Below are positions 51,771 through 61,081 of a DNA stretch of 64,000 nt, piece by piece. This stretch comes from an uncultured delta proteobacterium (GTDB lineage: Bacteria; Desulfobacterota; Desulfobacteria; Desulfobacterales; JAFDCJ01). The position numbers were made by a program, and so were the translations under genes. The notes under the pieces are model-generated. The model saw only the letters and a program-made list of their open reading frames with translations, was not told the origin of the DNA and did no database searches. Every line of letters begins with the position of its first letter. Positions within the stretch are counted from its first letter, which is position 1. Location: contig CAVYNY010000013.1 in NCBI GenBank assembly GCA_963769935.1, positions 576,001-640,000 on the forward strand. The letters run 5' to 3'.

Positions 51771-52142
51771 TACGGAATTTCCTTGAATTTGACAGATTGA
51801 TTTTCGATACTAATTATTAGGTGTATCTCGTGTGAAACTACATTTAGTTTCTTCCACGATCAGACTGGACGCTCGCGGCCAGAGGCGGCGCTTATATGAA
51901 ACTTATAAGATCCGATACTATTTTTACGAAGGGTCTTACCGCTGAGCGCGTAGAGAGTGCGGAGATTAATTAAACTTTTCTTTCCCGGCGTTCTCCCACC
52001 GGGGCGTAGGCCCTATGGGCCGGAGGCTGCGAGTTCAGCGGTGAACTACTGTGTTTCCTTTTCGATCGGATCGGCCGCTTTTCAGGCCGGCGGCTGGACT
52101 GAAACAGAAAACGGTATTTCACAACCAGAAAGGAAGGTAACT

Positions 52143-52346
52143 ATGGCAAAAGAAACCTTGTCAATTCCAAATATTTCCTGCGGCCATTGTGTCATGGCCA
52201 TCAAAAATGAATTGAAGGAAATGAAAGGTGTTAAATCGGTGGAAGGCAGCAGCGAGTCCAAGACCGTTGACATCGAATGGGATGCGCCGGCCACCCTGGA
52301 AAAGATCAAATCAACGCTGAAAGAAATCAATTACCCGCCGGCCTAG
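52143..52346 (+). CDS. copZ: copper chaperone
   Basis: ISCGHC HMA motif. Confidence 0.9.
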   Translation: MAKETLSIPNISCGHCVMAIKNELKEMKGVKSVEGSSESKTVDIEWDAPATLEKIKSTLKEINYPPA

Positions 52347-52398
52347 CCGGCCTAGTTCCGAACTTTGAGAAATCGTACGATTTCAGCTGATTTTAACG

Positions 52399-54864
52399 AT
52401 GGCAGAGCAAAAATTTACATTGCCGATAACCGGCATGACCTGCGCCAATTGCGCCGCCAACATAGAACGGGCGGTCAAGAAACTTGATGGCGTGGCGGAT
52501 GCCAGCGTCAATTTCGCCGCCGAAAATGCAGCGGTCTCCCTTGACCCGCACGAGGTGCAGCTGCAGGACGTGGTGGAAAAAATCACTAAATCCGGTTACG
52601 GGGTCACGACCGCCAAAATCGAAATGCCGGTCACCGGTATGACCTGCGCCAATTGCGCCGCCAATATCGAACGGACCTTGAACAAGAAAGTCTCCGGGGT
52701 GCTGAACGCCGCGGTGAACTTTGCCTCGGAGCGGGTGTTGGTGGAGTATATCCCCGGTATCGTCGATGTCGAAGACATCGTCGGCGCCATTGAAAAAGCC
52801 GGTTACGGTGCCATTCCCCCCGAGGAAGGCCAGGACGCAGAAGACGTCGAACAAAAGGCGCGTGCGGCCGAAATCAAAAACCAAACCCGCAAGTTCGCGG
52901 TGGGGGTTTTGTTTGCCCTGCCGCTTTTTGTTTTCAGCATGGGCCGTGATTTCGGTCTCATCGGGCCCTGGAGCCATGCCGCCTGGGTCAACTGGTTTTT
53001 CTGGGCCTTGGCCACACCGGTCCAATTTTACACCGGTTGGGACTACTATGAGGGTGGTCTGAAAAGTCTTAAAAGCAAAAGTGCCAATATGGATGTGCTG
53101 GTGGCCATGGGGTCGTCGGTGGCCTATTTTTATTCTGTGGCTGTTTTGCTCTTGCCTTTCCTGGGCGACCAACAAGTCTTGGGCGACCACGTTTATTTTG
53201 AAACTTCGGCGGTCATCATCACCCTGATCAAACTGGGCAAGATGCTCGAATCCCGCACCAAAGGCCGCACGGGCGGCGCCATCCGCAAGCTGATCGGTTT
53301 GCGACCCAAAACGGCTACTATCCTGCAAGACAACAGCGAAATAGAAATTCCGCTTACCCGGGTCAAGGTCGGTGACACGGTGATCGTACGCCCGGGTGAA
53401 CGGATACCGGTGGACGGCATCGTGCTCGACGGCCGGTCGGCCGTCGATGAATCCATGCTCAGCGGGGAGCCGCTGCCGGTGGATAAACAGACCGGGGATA
53501 TGGTGGTCGGCGGTACGATCAACGGCCAGGGTCTTTTGCGATTCAGTGCGACCCGGGTCGGCAAGGAAACCGCCCTGGCCCAGATTATCAAACTGGTTCA
53601 GGAAGCGCAGGGCAGCAAAGCGCCCATCCAGGCGCTGGCCGATAAAGTTGCGGCCGTATTTGTGCCGGGCATCATCGCCATTGCATTTGCGGTCTTTATT
53701 CTATGGTGGACCCTCACCGGTGATTTTGTTCCCGCCATGATCCGGCTGGTGGCGGTTCTGGTCATCGCCTGTCCCTGTGCCCTGGGGCTGGCCACCCCGA
53801 CGGCCATTATGGCCGGCACCGGCAAGGGAGCTGAAAAAGGCATCCTGTTTAAAAGCAGCCAAGCCCTGGAAACTGCGACCAAACTCAATACGATTGTGCT
53901 GGATAAAACCGGCACCATCACCATGGGCAAACCAATGGTGGTGGACGTCATACCTGTCAAACCCCAGTGCGAAACCGCAGAGGCGCTTTTGAGATTGGCG
54001 GCTTCGGTTGAAAAAGGCTCCGAGCATCCGCTGGGCAAGGCCATTGTAAACGAGGCCAAAACCCGCAAGCTCGATCTTCTGGAAATACGGGATTTCACGG
54101 CGGCCGGCGGCTCCGGTGTCCAGGCCGGCGTGGCGGGCAAGACGGTGATGGTCGGAAAGCCGAAATGGTTTCAGGAATTGGGCACCGATCTCAGCACCGC
54201 CGCAGAACAGATCGAAACCCTCCAATCGGAGGGCAAAACCGTGATGGTGGTAGTAAAAGAAGATGCGCTGTACGGCCTGATATCCGTGTCCGACACGCTG
54301 AAACCGGAATCCAGGGACGCCATCCGGCAGCTCCACAAACAGCATCTTAAAGTTGTCATGCTGACCGGCGACAATCAGCAAACCGCTCAGAGCATCGCCT
54401 CCCAGGTCAATATTGATGAAGTTCTGGCTGAAGTGCGCCCGGAAGAAAAATCATCCAAAGTCAAAGAGCTGCAGCAAAATGGAGAGTTGGTCGGCATGGT
54501 CGGCGACGGCATCAATGATGCCCCGGCTCTGGCCCAGGCCGATGTAGGGCTGGCCATAGGTACCGGCACCGATGTGGCTATCGAAACCGCCGGCGTCATT
54601 CTTGCCAGCGGCAGCTTGATCGGGGTGCCCCGCGCCATCCAGCTCAGCCGCGCTACCATGCGGACGATCAAACAGAATCTTTTCTGGGCCTTTGGCTACA
54701 ATGTCATTCTGATTCCGATTGCCGCCGGAATCCTTTACCCCTTTGAATCCCTGCCGATTATGCTGCGGCAGCTTCATCCCATCCTGGCCGCCCTGGCCAT
54801 GGCCTTCAGCAGTATTTCCGTTGTGAGCAACAGCCTGCGACTGTACAGAACCAAGATCAAGTAG
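52399..54864 (+). CDS. copA: Cu(I) P1B-type ATPase
   Basis: two GMTCANC motifs, [22 protein letters not shown]. Confidence 0.97.
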   Translation: MAEQKFTLPITGMTCANCAANIERAVKKLDGVADASVNFAAENAAVSLDPHEVQLQDVVEKITKSGYGVTTAKIEMPVTGMTCANCAANIERTLNKKVSGVLNAAVNFASERVLVEYIPGIVDVEDIVGAIEKAGYGAIPPEEGQDAEDVEQKARAAEIKNQTRKFAVGVLFALPLFVFSMGRDFGLIGPWSHAAWVNWFFWALATPVQFYTGWDYYEGGLKSLKSKSANMDVLVAMGSSVAYFYSVAVLLLPFLGDQQVLGDHVYFETSAVIITLIKLGKMLESRTKGRTGGAIRKLIGLRPKTATILQDNSEIEIPLTRVKVGDTVIVRPGERIPVDGIVLDGRSAVDESMLSGEPLPVDKQTGDMVVGGTINGQGLLRFSATRVGKETALAQIIKLVQEAQGSKAPIQALADKVAAVFVPGIIAIAFAVFILWWTLTGDFVPAMIRLVAVLVIACPCALGLATPTAIMAGTGKGAEKGILFKSSQALETATKLNTIVLDKTGTITMGKPMVVDVIPVKPQCETAEALLRLAASVEKGSEHPLGKAIVNEAKTRKLDLLEIRDFTAAGGSGVQAGVAGKTVMVGKPKWFQELGTDLSTAAEQIETLQSEGKTVMVVVKEDALYGLISVSDTLKPESRDAIRQLHKQHLKVVMLTGDNQQTAQSIASQVNIDEVLAEVRPEEKSSKVKELQQNGELVGMVGDGINDAPALAQADVGLAIGTGTDVAIETAGVILASGSLIGVPRAIQLSRATMRTIKQNLFWAFGYNVILIPIAAGILYPFESLPIMLRQLHPILAALAMAFSSISVVSNSLRLYRTKIK

Positions 54865-54944
54865 AGAATCCTGGCCCAGACGGCCAGGCACTCAATGTTG
54901 AAATAAAGTATTGCCAGCTCCAAGAACCTGCCGGACTTCTCTTT

Positions 54945-55520
54945 TTGGGTTTTTGTGATAAAAATGTCACGCTCGCGCCCTCCCTGGAATACTGGCGGGA
55001 TTTCGCAGAACTGTTTACCCGGGCATTAAGCCGGACGCCTGAACTTGAGCTCTTGCGACATAAAGCGCACATCGCCGTTGACAAACATCAGCTCGCCCAT
55101 TTTGCAAACTGTGCCCCGTTAATGCCGGGATCTGAATATATCAGCACAGAACTGTTAAAAGCGGTTTGGTCAAAATTAAATGCGGCATTTTCCCAAGCAA
55201 TAAAAACCTATAACGGTACCGTTGCAGAATTTATCCGGACCTATAGTCCGGAAGTACATCTGGTGGCCCGGGTATTTTTTCATCTGGCTGAAATTAAAGA
55301 TGAAAACTATCCCTTTGCGTTTCTGGCCACCTATTCCACCCGATTGAACCAACAGGGAAAATCAAAACACCTGCCCCTCAAATACGCCTTAAGAGAATAT
55401 GAATCCGACAGGGACAAATTGCTGGAAAGGAACCTAAATAAAGAACGAATCAATTTTAGATTGATGAGCCGCCGGAAAAGTATCCGGAAGGGGATGAATA
55501 TTAATGCACCTTTTGTGTAA
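54945..55520 (+). pseudogene. N-terminal fragment of an SNF2-type helicase
   Basis: RVFFHLAE..YPFAFLATYS..HLPLKYAL resembles the N-terminus of deltaproteobacterial SNF2 proteins; no helicase motifs follow. Confidence 0.6.
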
Positions 55521-55779
55521 CCTTTAAATACCTATCGGCTCTCTACAGGCAATTCTCGGCGCGTCTTTTTAAATATTGCGAAAATTTCTAACTTATCAGT
55601 AAGTTAAATGAGGCAATCGATTTTCATACGATCAATATTTTTCGCCTCAATTCATAATCTTTTTAAATCTGTGCCATATTGGATTTGTCATGGCATTTTT
55701 GTTTGTCAATCTGTGTTGTCCGGCCTCTAAAAAAAAGTGGACAACGGCTCGATTAATGCGTAAATAAAGGAAAAAGCCA

Positions 55780-55938
55780 ATGAAAGAAATTATTATCATG
55801 ATGGCAATAGCGGGCATCTGGTTTTTGCTCCAGGCTTACATATTGCCGAAACTCGGAGTATCCACCTGACTGAAAGAATCTTGTCAGGTGACAAGCAAAA
55901 ATGACCACCGCAAAGAATCCGAATCACGGGATAGTTAA
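55780..55938 (+). CDS. candidate 52-aa membrane selenoprotein (UGA at 55867)
   Basis: AAGGAAA RBS; TM segment then LGVST-U-LKESC; SECIS-like hairpin at 55880-55895. Confidence 0.65.
55880..55895 (+). promoter_or_regulatory. SECIS-like hairpin
   Basis: CTTGTC-AGGT-GACAAG starting 10 nt after the in-frame UGA. Confidence 0.6.
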
Positions 55939-56521
55939 AGATAATGATTTTGGTCTGATCCAGGCCATAAACTCCGGCCAGGTTGATAAGTTTAATGAAC
56001 TCGTTAAGCGGTATGAACAGAGGCTTTACAACTTCAGCTTGCGGATGTGCGGCGATCACAGCGATGCCGAGGACATGGTCCAGGATACATTTCTAAATGT
56101 CTTCAAATACTTAAAAGATTTCCGCTATGAAACTAAATTTAAAAACTGGCTCTACAAAGTCGCGGCCAGCACCTGCATTAAAAAAAGGCGCAGATCTAAA
56201 TTCGCACCGGAAAAGGAACTGTCTTTAGATGAATTCCGGCCGGGTGAAAAAGTCGAAGCTGTCGAAAAGGTGCCGGAGTGGGCGTTAATGCCTCTGGATA
56301 AGCTGCTCAATGAAGAGCTTTCCAGTGTCGTCCACCGGTCAATTTTATCCGTTCCTAAAAAATATCGTATGGTGATCGTTTTGCGGGATATTGAAGGCTT
56401 CAGCACGGCCGAAACCGCTCAAATTCTTAATCTGTCACCGGCGAATGTAAAAGTGAGGCTCCACCGGGCACGGCTTTATTTAAGGGATAAACTGAAAGGA
56501 TATTTCGAAAATGAGCAATGA
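55901..56521 (+). CDS. ECF sigma factor
   Basis: DAEDMVQDTF, FKNWLYKVA, region 4 VKVRLHRAR. Confidence 0.95.
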   Translation: MTTAKNPNHGIVKDNDFGLIQAINSGQVDKFNELVKRYEQRLYNFSLRMCGDHSDAEDMVQDTFLNVFKYLKDFRYETKFKNWLYKVAASTCIKKRRRSKFAPEKELSLDEFRPGEKVEAVEKVPEWALMPLDKLLNEELSSVVHRSILSVPKKYRMVIVLRDIEGFSTAETAQILNLSPANVKVRLHRARLYLRDKLKGYFENEQ

Positions 56522-56774
56522 CGACCATGATCGTAAACATTGCCTGGCGATGTTTGAAAAACTCTCTGAATACATCGACGGCGAACTGGATCATGCCACC
56601 TGTGAAAAAATTAAAAAACACGCTGAGGAATGTGTCGCCTGCTTTTCCTGCCTTGAAACTCTGAAAAGAACCGTAGCCCTGTGCAAAAATGTCGCTGAAA
56701 AACCGATCCCGCTGGAACTATCCAGAAAGCTGCAAGCAATAATCCAGCGTATGCCGAAGGCTACCACGTTGTAG
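56511..56774 (+). CDS. zinc-binding (ZAS/zf-HC2) anti-sigma factor
   Basis: LSEYIDGEL..HAEECVAC. Confidence 0.9.
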   Translation: MSNDDHDRKHCLAMFEKLSEYIDGELDHATCEKIKKHAEECVACFSCLETLKRTVALCKNVAEKPIPLELSRKLQAIIQRMPKATTL

Positions 56775-56956
56775 GCGCTTAGAAGCTCCCATCTAACAAC
56801 AGGTTGTATAATACGACTTGAGGTGTAACGTAACCCCAGTCGCCGACCGCAGAGCGCCAAGTTTGGTCGGGTTGGAAGCGATGCGAAGATACCAATGGCC
56901 TTTATGGAGTTTTAAACGAGCCTTCCGTTTGCATGAGTCACAGCCAGCAAGATATA

Positions 56957-57196
56957 AATTCCAAATTACAAGCACCAAATAACAAATAAATCCCAAATTA
57001 CAATAATCAATGACCAAAACCCGCCAAACCAAGAAAATTTAGCTCTGGTTTTTTCGTATTTTACAACTTTCGCGCTTTCGTGATAGTAGATCGCCCATTT
57101 ATCGAATTCGATCACCAAAACAGATTGAGTCCGGTTTGGAATTTTGTATTTTGGTCATTGGAATTTATTTGTGATTTGGAATTTGTGATTTTGATT
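56957..57196. repeat. inverted element of degenerate ~7-bp units
   Basis: AAATTCCAAATTACAAGCACCAAAT.. arm with a complementary TTTGGAATTT.. arm; homologous copy at about 43536-43601 (minus strand). Confidence 0.75.
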
Positions 57197-57314
57197 TGCG
57201 CCAGCACCAGGGAGAGATCTGTTTTATATTTTCTGCCTCCTGAGATTTGACATGACATCCGCTTGGTTTTTCTAGAGTTTCATCTCAGGTGTCATCACCG
57301 GCGCCGTTTCAAAC

Positions 57315-58076
57315 TCACCCGTGCAGCTCAACCGAAATTTTCCCCGCCTCCTCCCTGGTCAGTGACAGATGATACCCCCGCACTTTCACGTCAACCTTGT
57401 CATTGCAAGGCGCCAGGGACTCGACTTCGATAATACTCCCGGATGAAACGCCCATATCGTTTAATTGCTTACCGATTGCGCTGCGGCCGGTGATCTTGAT
57501 GATCTTTCCCCTTTGCCCGGGATCCATGTCGTTTAAGGACACCGCCGCTTGCGATCCATTGCGCATATGTTGTTCTCTCTTTTTCAAATCTGCCAGGCAG
57601 GTAGAAATGTAGTTTGTACATTTAAGCGCGGTATCGCCATTTTCGCAATGGCGCCGAAACCCTTTCAACCATTCTTGGCCGCCCCGAGGACAGATTTCCA
57701 TGAACTCCACGAAGTTTATAAGCCGGTTGAGTATCTTTTCAGATATGGCATGTTCAATTTTACAAGAAGCCTCTTCGGCCTCCGCGTCATCCAGCAGGAG
57801 GATTTTGACGAAGAAGTCCTTGAGCGTCTCGTGCCGCCGGACAACGTCAACCGCCACCGCCTGTCCCTCGGCGGTAAGGCTAATGATGTCGTAGGGGGCA
57901 TAGTTCACATAACCCTTTTCCGAAAGGGTGCGCAGCGCACCTGTTACCGACGACTTGTTGACATTCAGCCGTTCGGCAATGTCCTTGGCCCGGGCGGCCT
58001 TCTTTTCAGCGGAGATGTGAAATATTGCCTCCAGATAGTCTTCCATGTTCGAACTGAGTGCTTCCCTGGCTGCCAT
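57315..58076 (-). CDS. DtxR/MntR-family metal regulator with C-terminal FeoA domain
   Basis: EDYLEAI, RRHE, ACKIEH; FeoA-like tail. Confidence 0.92.
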   Translation of the reverse strand: MAAREALSSNMEDYLEAIFHISAEKKAARAKDIAERLNVNKSSVTGALRTLSEKGYVNYAPYDIISLTAEGQAVAVDVVRRHETLKDFFVKILLLDDAEAEEASCKIEHAISEKILNRLINFVEFMEICPRGGQEWLKGFRRHCENGDTALKCTNYISTCLADLKKREQHMRNGSQAAVSLNDMDPGQRGKIIKITGRSAIGKQLNDMGVSSGSIIEVESLAPCNDKVDVKVRGYHLSLTREEAGKISVELHG

Positions 58077-58180
58077 ACGATTAACCCTTTAATTGATTGA
58101 TCATTGTACAAATTAGCCGCTTCGCCCCAATTGTGGAATGAGGCAGAAACGCATGTCTCAAAAACGACCCAATGCTCACA

Positions 58181-58372
58181 TTAAGATGCAGGCTTTTCGA
58201 AATGTTTAATATGCTTTTGTCTCTCTTGCGGAAATTCACAAGCGGAAGCATCTACCGGACAAGAAGTGCAGCCGCAACCGCACTGATTGCCTTTTTTGTA
58301 TTTTTTATAGTAGCTGCGCCCTAAAAAAGCAGCCGCCATACCGACAATGATTACCACAACTATAGTTTCCAT
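58181..58372 (-). CDS. FeoB-associated Cys-rich membrane protein
   Basis: TM segment plus CGCGCTSC. Confidence 0.8.
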   Translation of the reverse strand: METIVVVIIVGMAAAFLGRSYYKKYKKGNQCGCGCTSCPVDASACEFPQERQKHIKHFEKPAS

Positions 58373-58486
58373 CATTATTTCAACATCCTTGGAGTTTTTA
58401 AATCAGCCTGAAATTGAATTTCTAATCCTGACAAAAACACAATTCCTAAACCAATCCAGCACGATAACTCAACAAACGCTATAAAC

Positions 58487-60712
58487 TCAATTAACACCGA
58501 CGCCCAGAACCGAACCAACCTGATAAATCGAAACTGCCAGAACAAAAGCCAGCAGCGTGTTAAAAACAATTGCAAAAGCCCCCCATTTCCAGGACCCGGA
58601 CTCCCTTGAAATACAAACCACCGACACGAAACAAGGGGAATAGAACATGGTAAATACAATTAAACTCAAAGCCACCAGCGGCGACCAGGCTGGATCTTTA
58701 GCCAGCGCCGCGGACAGGACCCCGCTTTCCTGTGGATCAACTTCCCCCATGGAATAGGCCGTGCCCAGGGTGGAGACCACCACTTCCTTGGCGGCGAATC
58801 CGCCCACCAGGGCGATATTGGTGCGCCAGTCGAATCCGGCCCAGCGGGAAACGTATTCCAGCGCTCTTCCAATGCGGCCGGCTATCGAATATCTCAAAGC
58901 GGTTTCGGCTTCCCGGTATTTAATACCGTTCAGCTGCCTTTTTAAAGTTACCGCTGCCCCGGATAGCTCGGTTGCGGCCCCGTTGTTTTCCAGCTCACGG
59001 ACGGTTGCAGCCGGTGCGGTATTCAGCAGGGCCTGACGCTGGGTCTCGAACTGCTGTACTTTGGAATCCGGCAGTCCGGGAAAGGTCATCATGGCCCACA
59101 AAATGATCGAAAATCCCAATATGACCGTGCCGGCTTTTCTGACATATTGCCGGGTCCGCTCCCAGGTATGGATCGCCAACCCCTTGAATGTCGGCATTCG
59201 GTAGGGCGGCAGTTCCATCACAAAAGGGGTGGCCGCACCTTTTATCACCGTAACCCGCAGCAGTTTGGCCACCAGCAGGGCGCCGGCCCATGCGCCCAGG
59301 GTAATCACAAACATGATCAGCGCCTCATGCCTGGCAAAAAATGCGGCGATCAAAAGGGCAAATACCGGCAATTTGGCCCCGCAATTCATAAACGGTACGG
59401 TGAGCAGGGTCGCCAGCCGCTCCCGCGGTGATTTTAAGGTCCGGGTGGCCATAACACCGGGTACGGCACATCCCCCGGCAATGCCCCCGGACACGATAAA
59501 GGCCATCACCGAGCTGCCGTGCAGTCCAAATATTCGAAACACTCTGTCCAACATAAACGCCACCCGGGCCAGGTAGCCGGAATCCTCCAAAAAGGCAATG
59601 CCGAAGAACATAAACATAATCAGCGGAACAAAACCCAGAACCCCGCCCACGCCGTCGATAATGCCCGACACAATCAGAGACTTGAGAAGGCCGTCCGGTA
59701 AAATTGCGCCGACCCCGGCCCCGATCCAGCCGAAAATGGTCTCCAGCCATCCCACCGGCACTGCGCTGTAAGTGAAAACCACCTGATAGAGGCCGGCAAT
59801 AATAGCCAGCATAATAAGGGGGCCGAGAAACCGGTTGGTTAAAACTTTGTCGATCCGATCCGAGCTGTATAAGCGGTTCGGATCATATTTTTGATAGATG
59901 ACGCCCTGCTTCAGGATGGACTTGATGTAGCCGTAGCGCTGGTCGGCAATCATGGCCTCCGGGTAAGTATCCAGCGTCTCCAGCAGGTGATGAGACACTT
60001 TTTTTACCGTTGCCTGCAGTCTGGCAGCCAATTCCGGATTTGCCGACCGGCCCTTCTCCAGGATCTGCTCATCATTTTCCATGTATTTTAACGCGATCCA
60101 GCGTACCGGATAGGTGGCGGTAAGAAAGTTTTCGGCTTCGATCTCCTTTTCCATTTCGATCAGAGCGCGGTCCACGTCGTCGCCATAGGAAATCTTGAGA
60201 GGAACAAATTCCTTATTTTCCTGCACGATCCGGGCGGCGCTCTCCATCAATTCCTTTTTCCCCTGGCCGGAGCGCGCGATGGTAGGCACTACCGGCACGC
60301 CTAAAAGAGTGGATAATTTGCGGGCATTGATTTCGATACCCCGCTTGTGGGCCACATCGATCATGTTCAGGGCGATGCACACCGCAACGCCCATTTCAAG
60401 GAACTGCACGGCCAGGTAAAGATTGCGCTCCAGATTGGACGCATCCACGATGTTGATGACGACTTCCGGTTTCCGGTTGACCAGAAAATCCCTGGCAACC
60501 ACTTCCTCCAGGGAATAAGCCGTAAGCGAGTAGGTACCGGGCAGATCAACAATGTGCAGCTGAAAATCCTTATTCGTGTACAGGCCTTCTTTTTTCTCGA
60601 CCGTCACCCCCGGATAGTTGCCGACATGCTGCCGGGCACCGGTCAATTCATTGAAAAGGGTGGTTTTGCCGGAGTTCGGATTACCGGCCAGAGCAACCGT
60701 TGCCTGCATCAT
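58487..60712 (-). CDS. feoB: ferrous iron transporter B
   Basis: GNPNSGKT, VGNYPGVTVE, DLPGTYSL, PFVMELPPYR. Confidence 0.97.
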   Translation of the reverse strand: MMQATVALAGNPNSGKTTLFNELTGARQHVGNYPGVTVEKKEGLYTNKDFQLHIVDLPGTYSLTAYSLEEVVARDFLVNRKPEVVINIVDASNLERNLYLAVQFLEMGVAVCIALNMIDVAHKRGIEINARKLSTLLGVPVVPTIARSGQGKKELMESAARIVQENKEFVPLKISYGDDVDRALIEMEKEIEAENFLTATYPVRWIALKYMENDEQILEKGRSANPELAARLQATVKKVSHHLLETLDTYPEAMIADQRYGYIKSILKQGVIYQKYDPNRLYSSDRIDKVLTNRFLGPLIMLAIIAGLYQVVFTYSAVPVGWLETIFGWIGAGVGAILPDGLLKSLIVSGIIDGVGGVLGFVPLIMFMFFGIAFLEDSGYLARVAFMLDRVFRIFGLHGSSVMAFIVSGGIAGGCAVPGVMATRTLKSPRERLATLLTVPFMNCGAKLPVFALLIAAFFARHEALIMFVITLGAWAGALLVAKLLRVTVIKGAATPFVMELPPYRMPTFKGLAIHTWERTRQYVRKAGTVILGFSIILWAMMTFPGLPDSKVQQFETQRQALLNTAPAATVRELENNGAATELSGAAVTLKRQLNGIKYREAETALRYSIAGRIGRALEYVSRWAGFDWRTNIALVGGFAAKEVVVSTLGTAYSMGEVDPQESGVLSAALAKDPAWSPLVALSLIVFTMFYSPCFVSVVCISRESGSWKWGAFAIVFNTLLAFVLAVSIYQVGSVLGVGVN

Positions 60713-60942
60713 TCGTCGACCTCCACTTCAATAAAATCGGCTTCATTATTTCTCAAAGTCAGGGTGGCCCCCCGAACTCTCAATGCCACCGGGTCGTAGA
60801 GCGGAGCCCGGCCCCGGATCCTGATTTCCGTTCCCGGAACCAGCCCCATGTCCCGGAGACGCCGGCCCAGGTCGCCGCCCACTTTTACCGCAGCAATCGT
60901 GCCGGCTTGATCATCGCTCATATTGCGCAGGTTTATCCGCAT
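60709..60942 (-). CDS. feoA: ferrous iron transport protein A
   Basis: RRLRDMGLVPG, APLYDP. Confidence 0.93.
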   Translation of the reverse strand: MRINLRNMSDDQAGTIAAVKVGGDLGRRLRDMGLVPGTEIRIRGRAPLYDPVALRVRGATLTLRNNEADFIEVEVDE

Positions 60943-61029
60943 TGCAGAATCTGCCTCCTTGCATTATTGCACCCCATATATTTCGATAGGTATCCGGGTT
61001 GCGACGTATTGTGTGTTTCAACCAATAAT

Positions 61030-61045
61030 GTTAGGTATATCAAAC
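61030..61045. promoter_or_regulatory. candidate DtxR-type operator
   Basis: GTTAGGTATATCAAAC imperfect palindrome just downstream of a minus-strand TTGACA (61055-61060). Confidence 0.5.
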
Positions 61046-61081
61046 TTTATACGTTGTCAATAAAATAATTAGGAGAGGTTG

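Noticed and set aside
50922..52142. N-terminal extensions PPARRAYGSER and LPPGRRPYGPEA
   Set aside because: They are translations of the 35-bp repeat element; real starts are 50970 and 52143
55516..55545. ECF promoter TGTAAC..CTCTA
   Set aside because: Plausible, but the consensus is too short to support without the ECF group motif
34332..57196. CRISPR array
   Set aside because: The repeats are short, degenerate and tandem, without unique regular spacers
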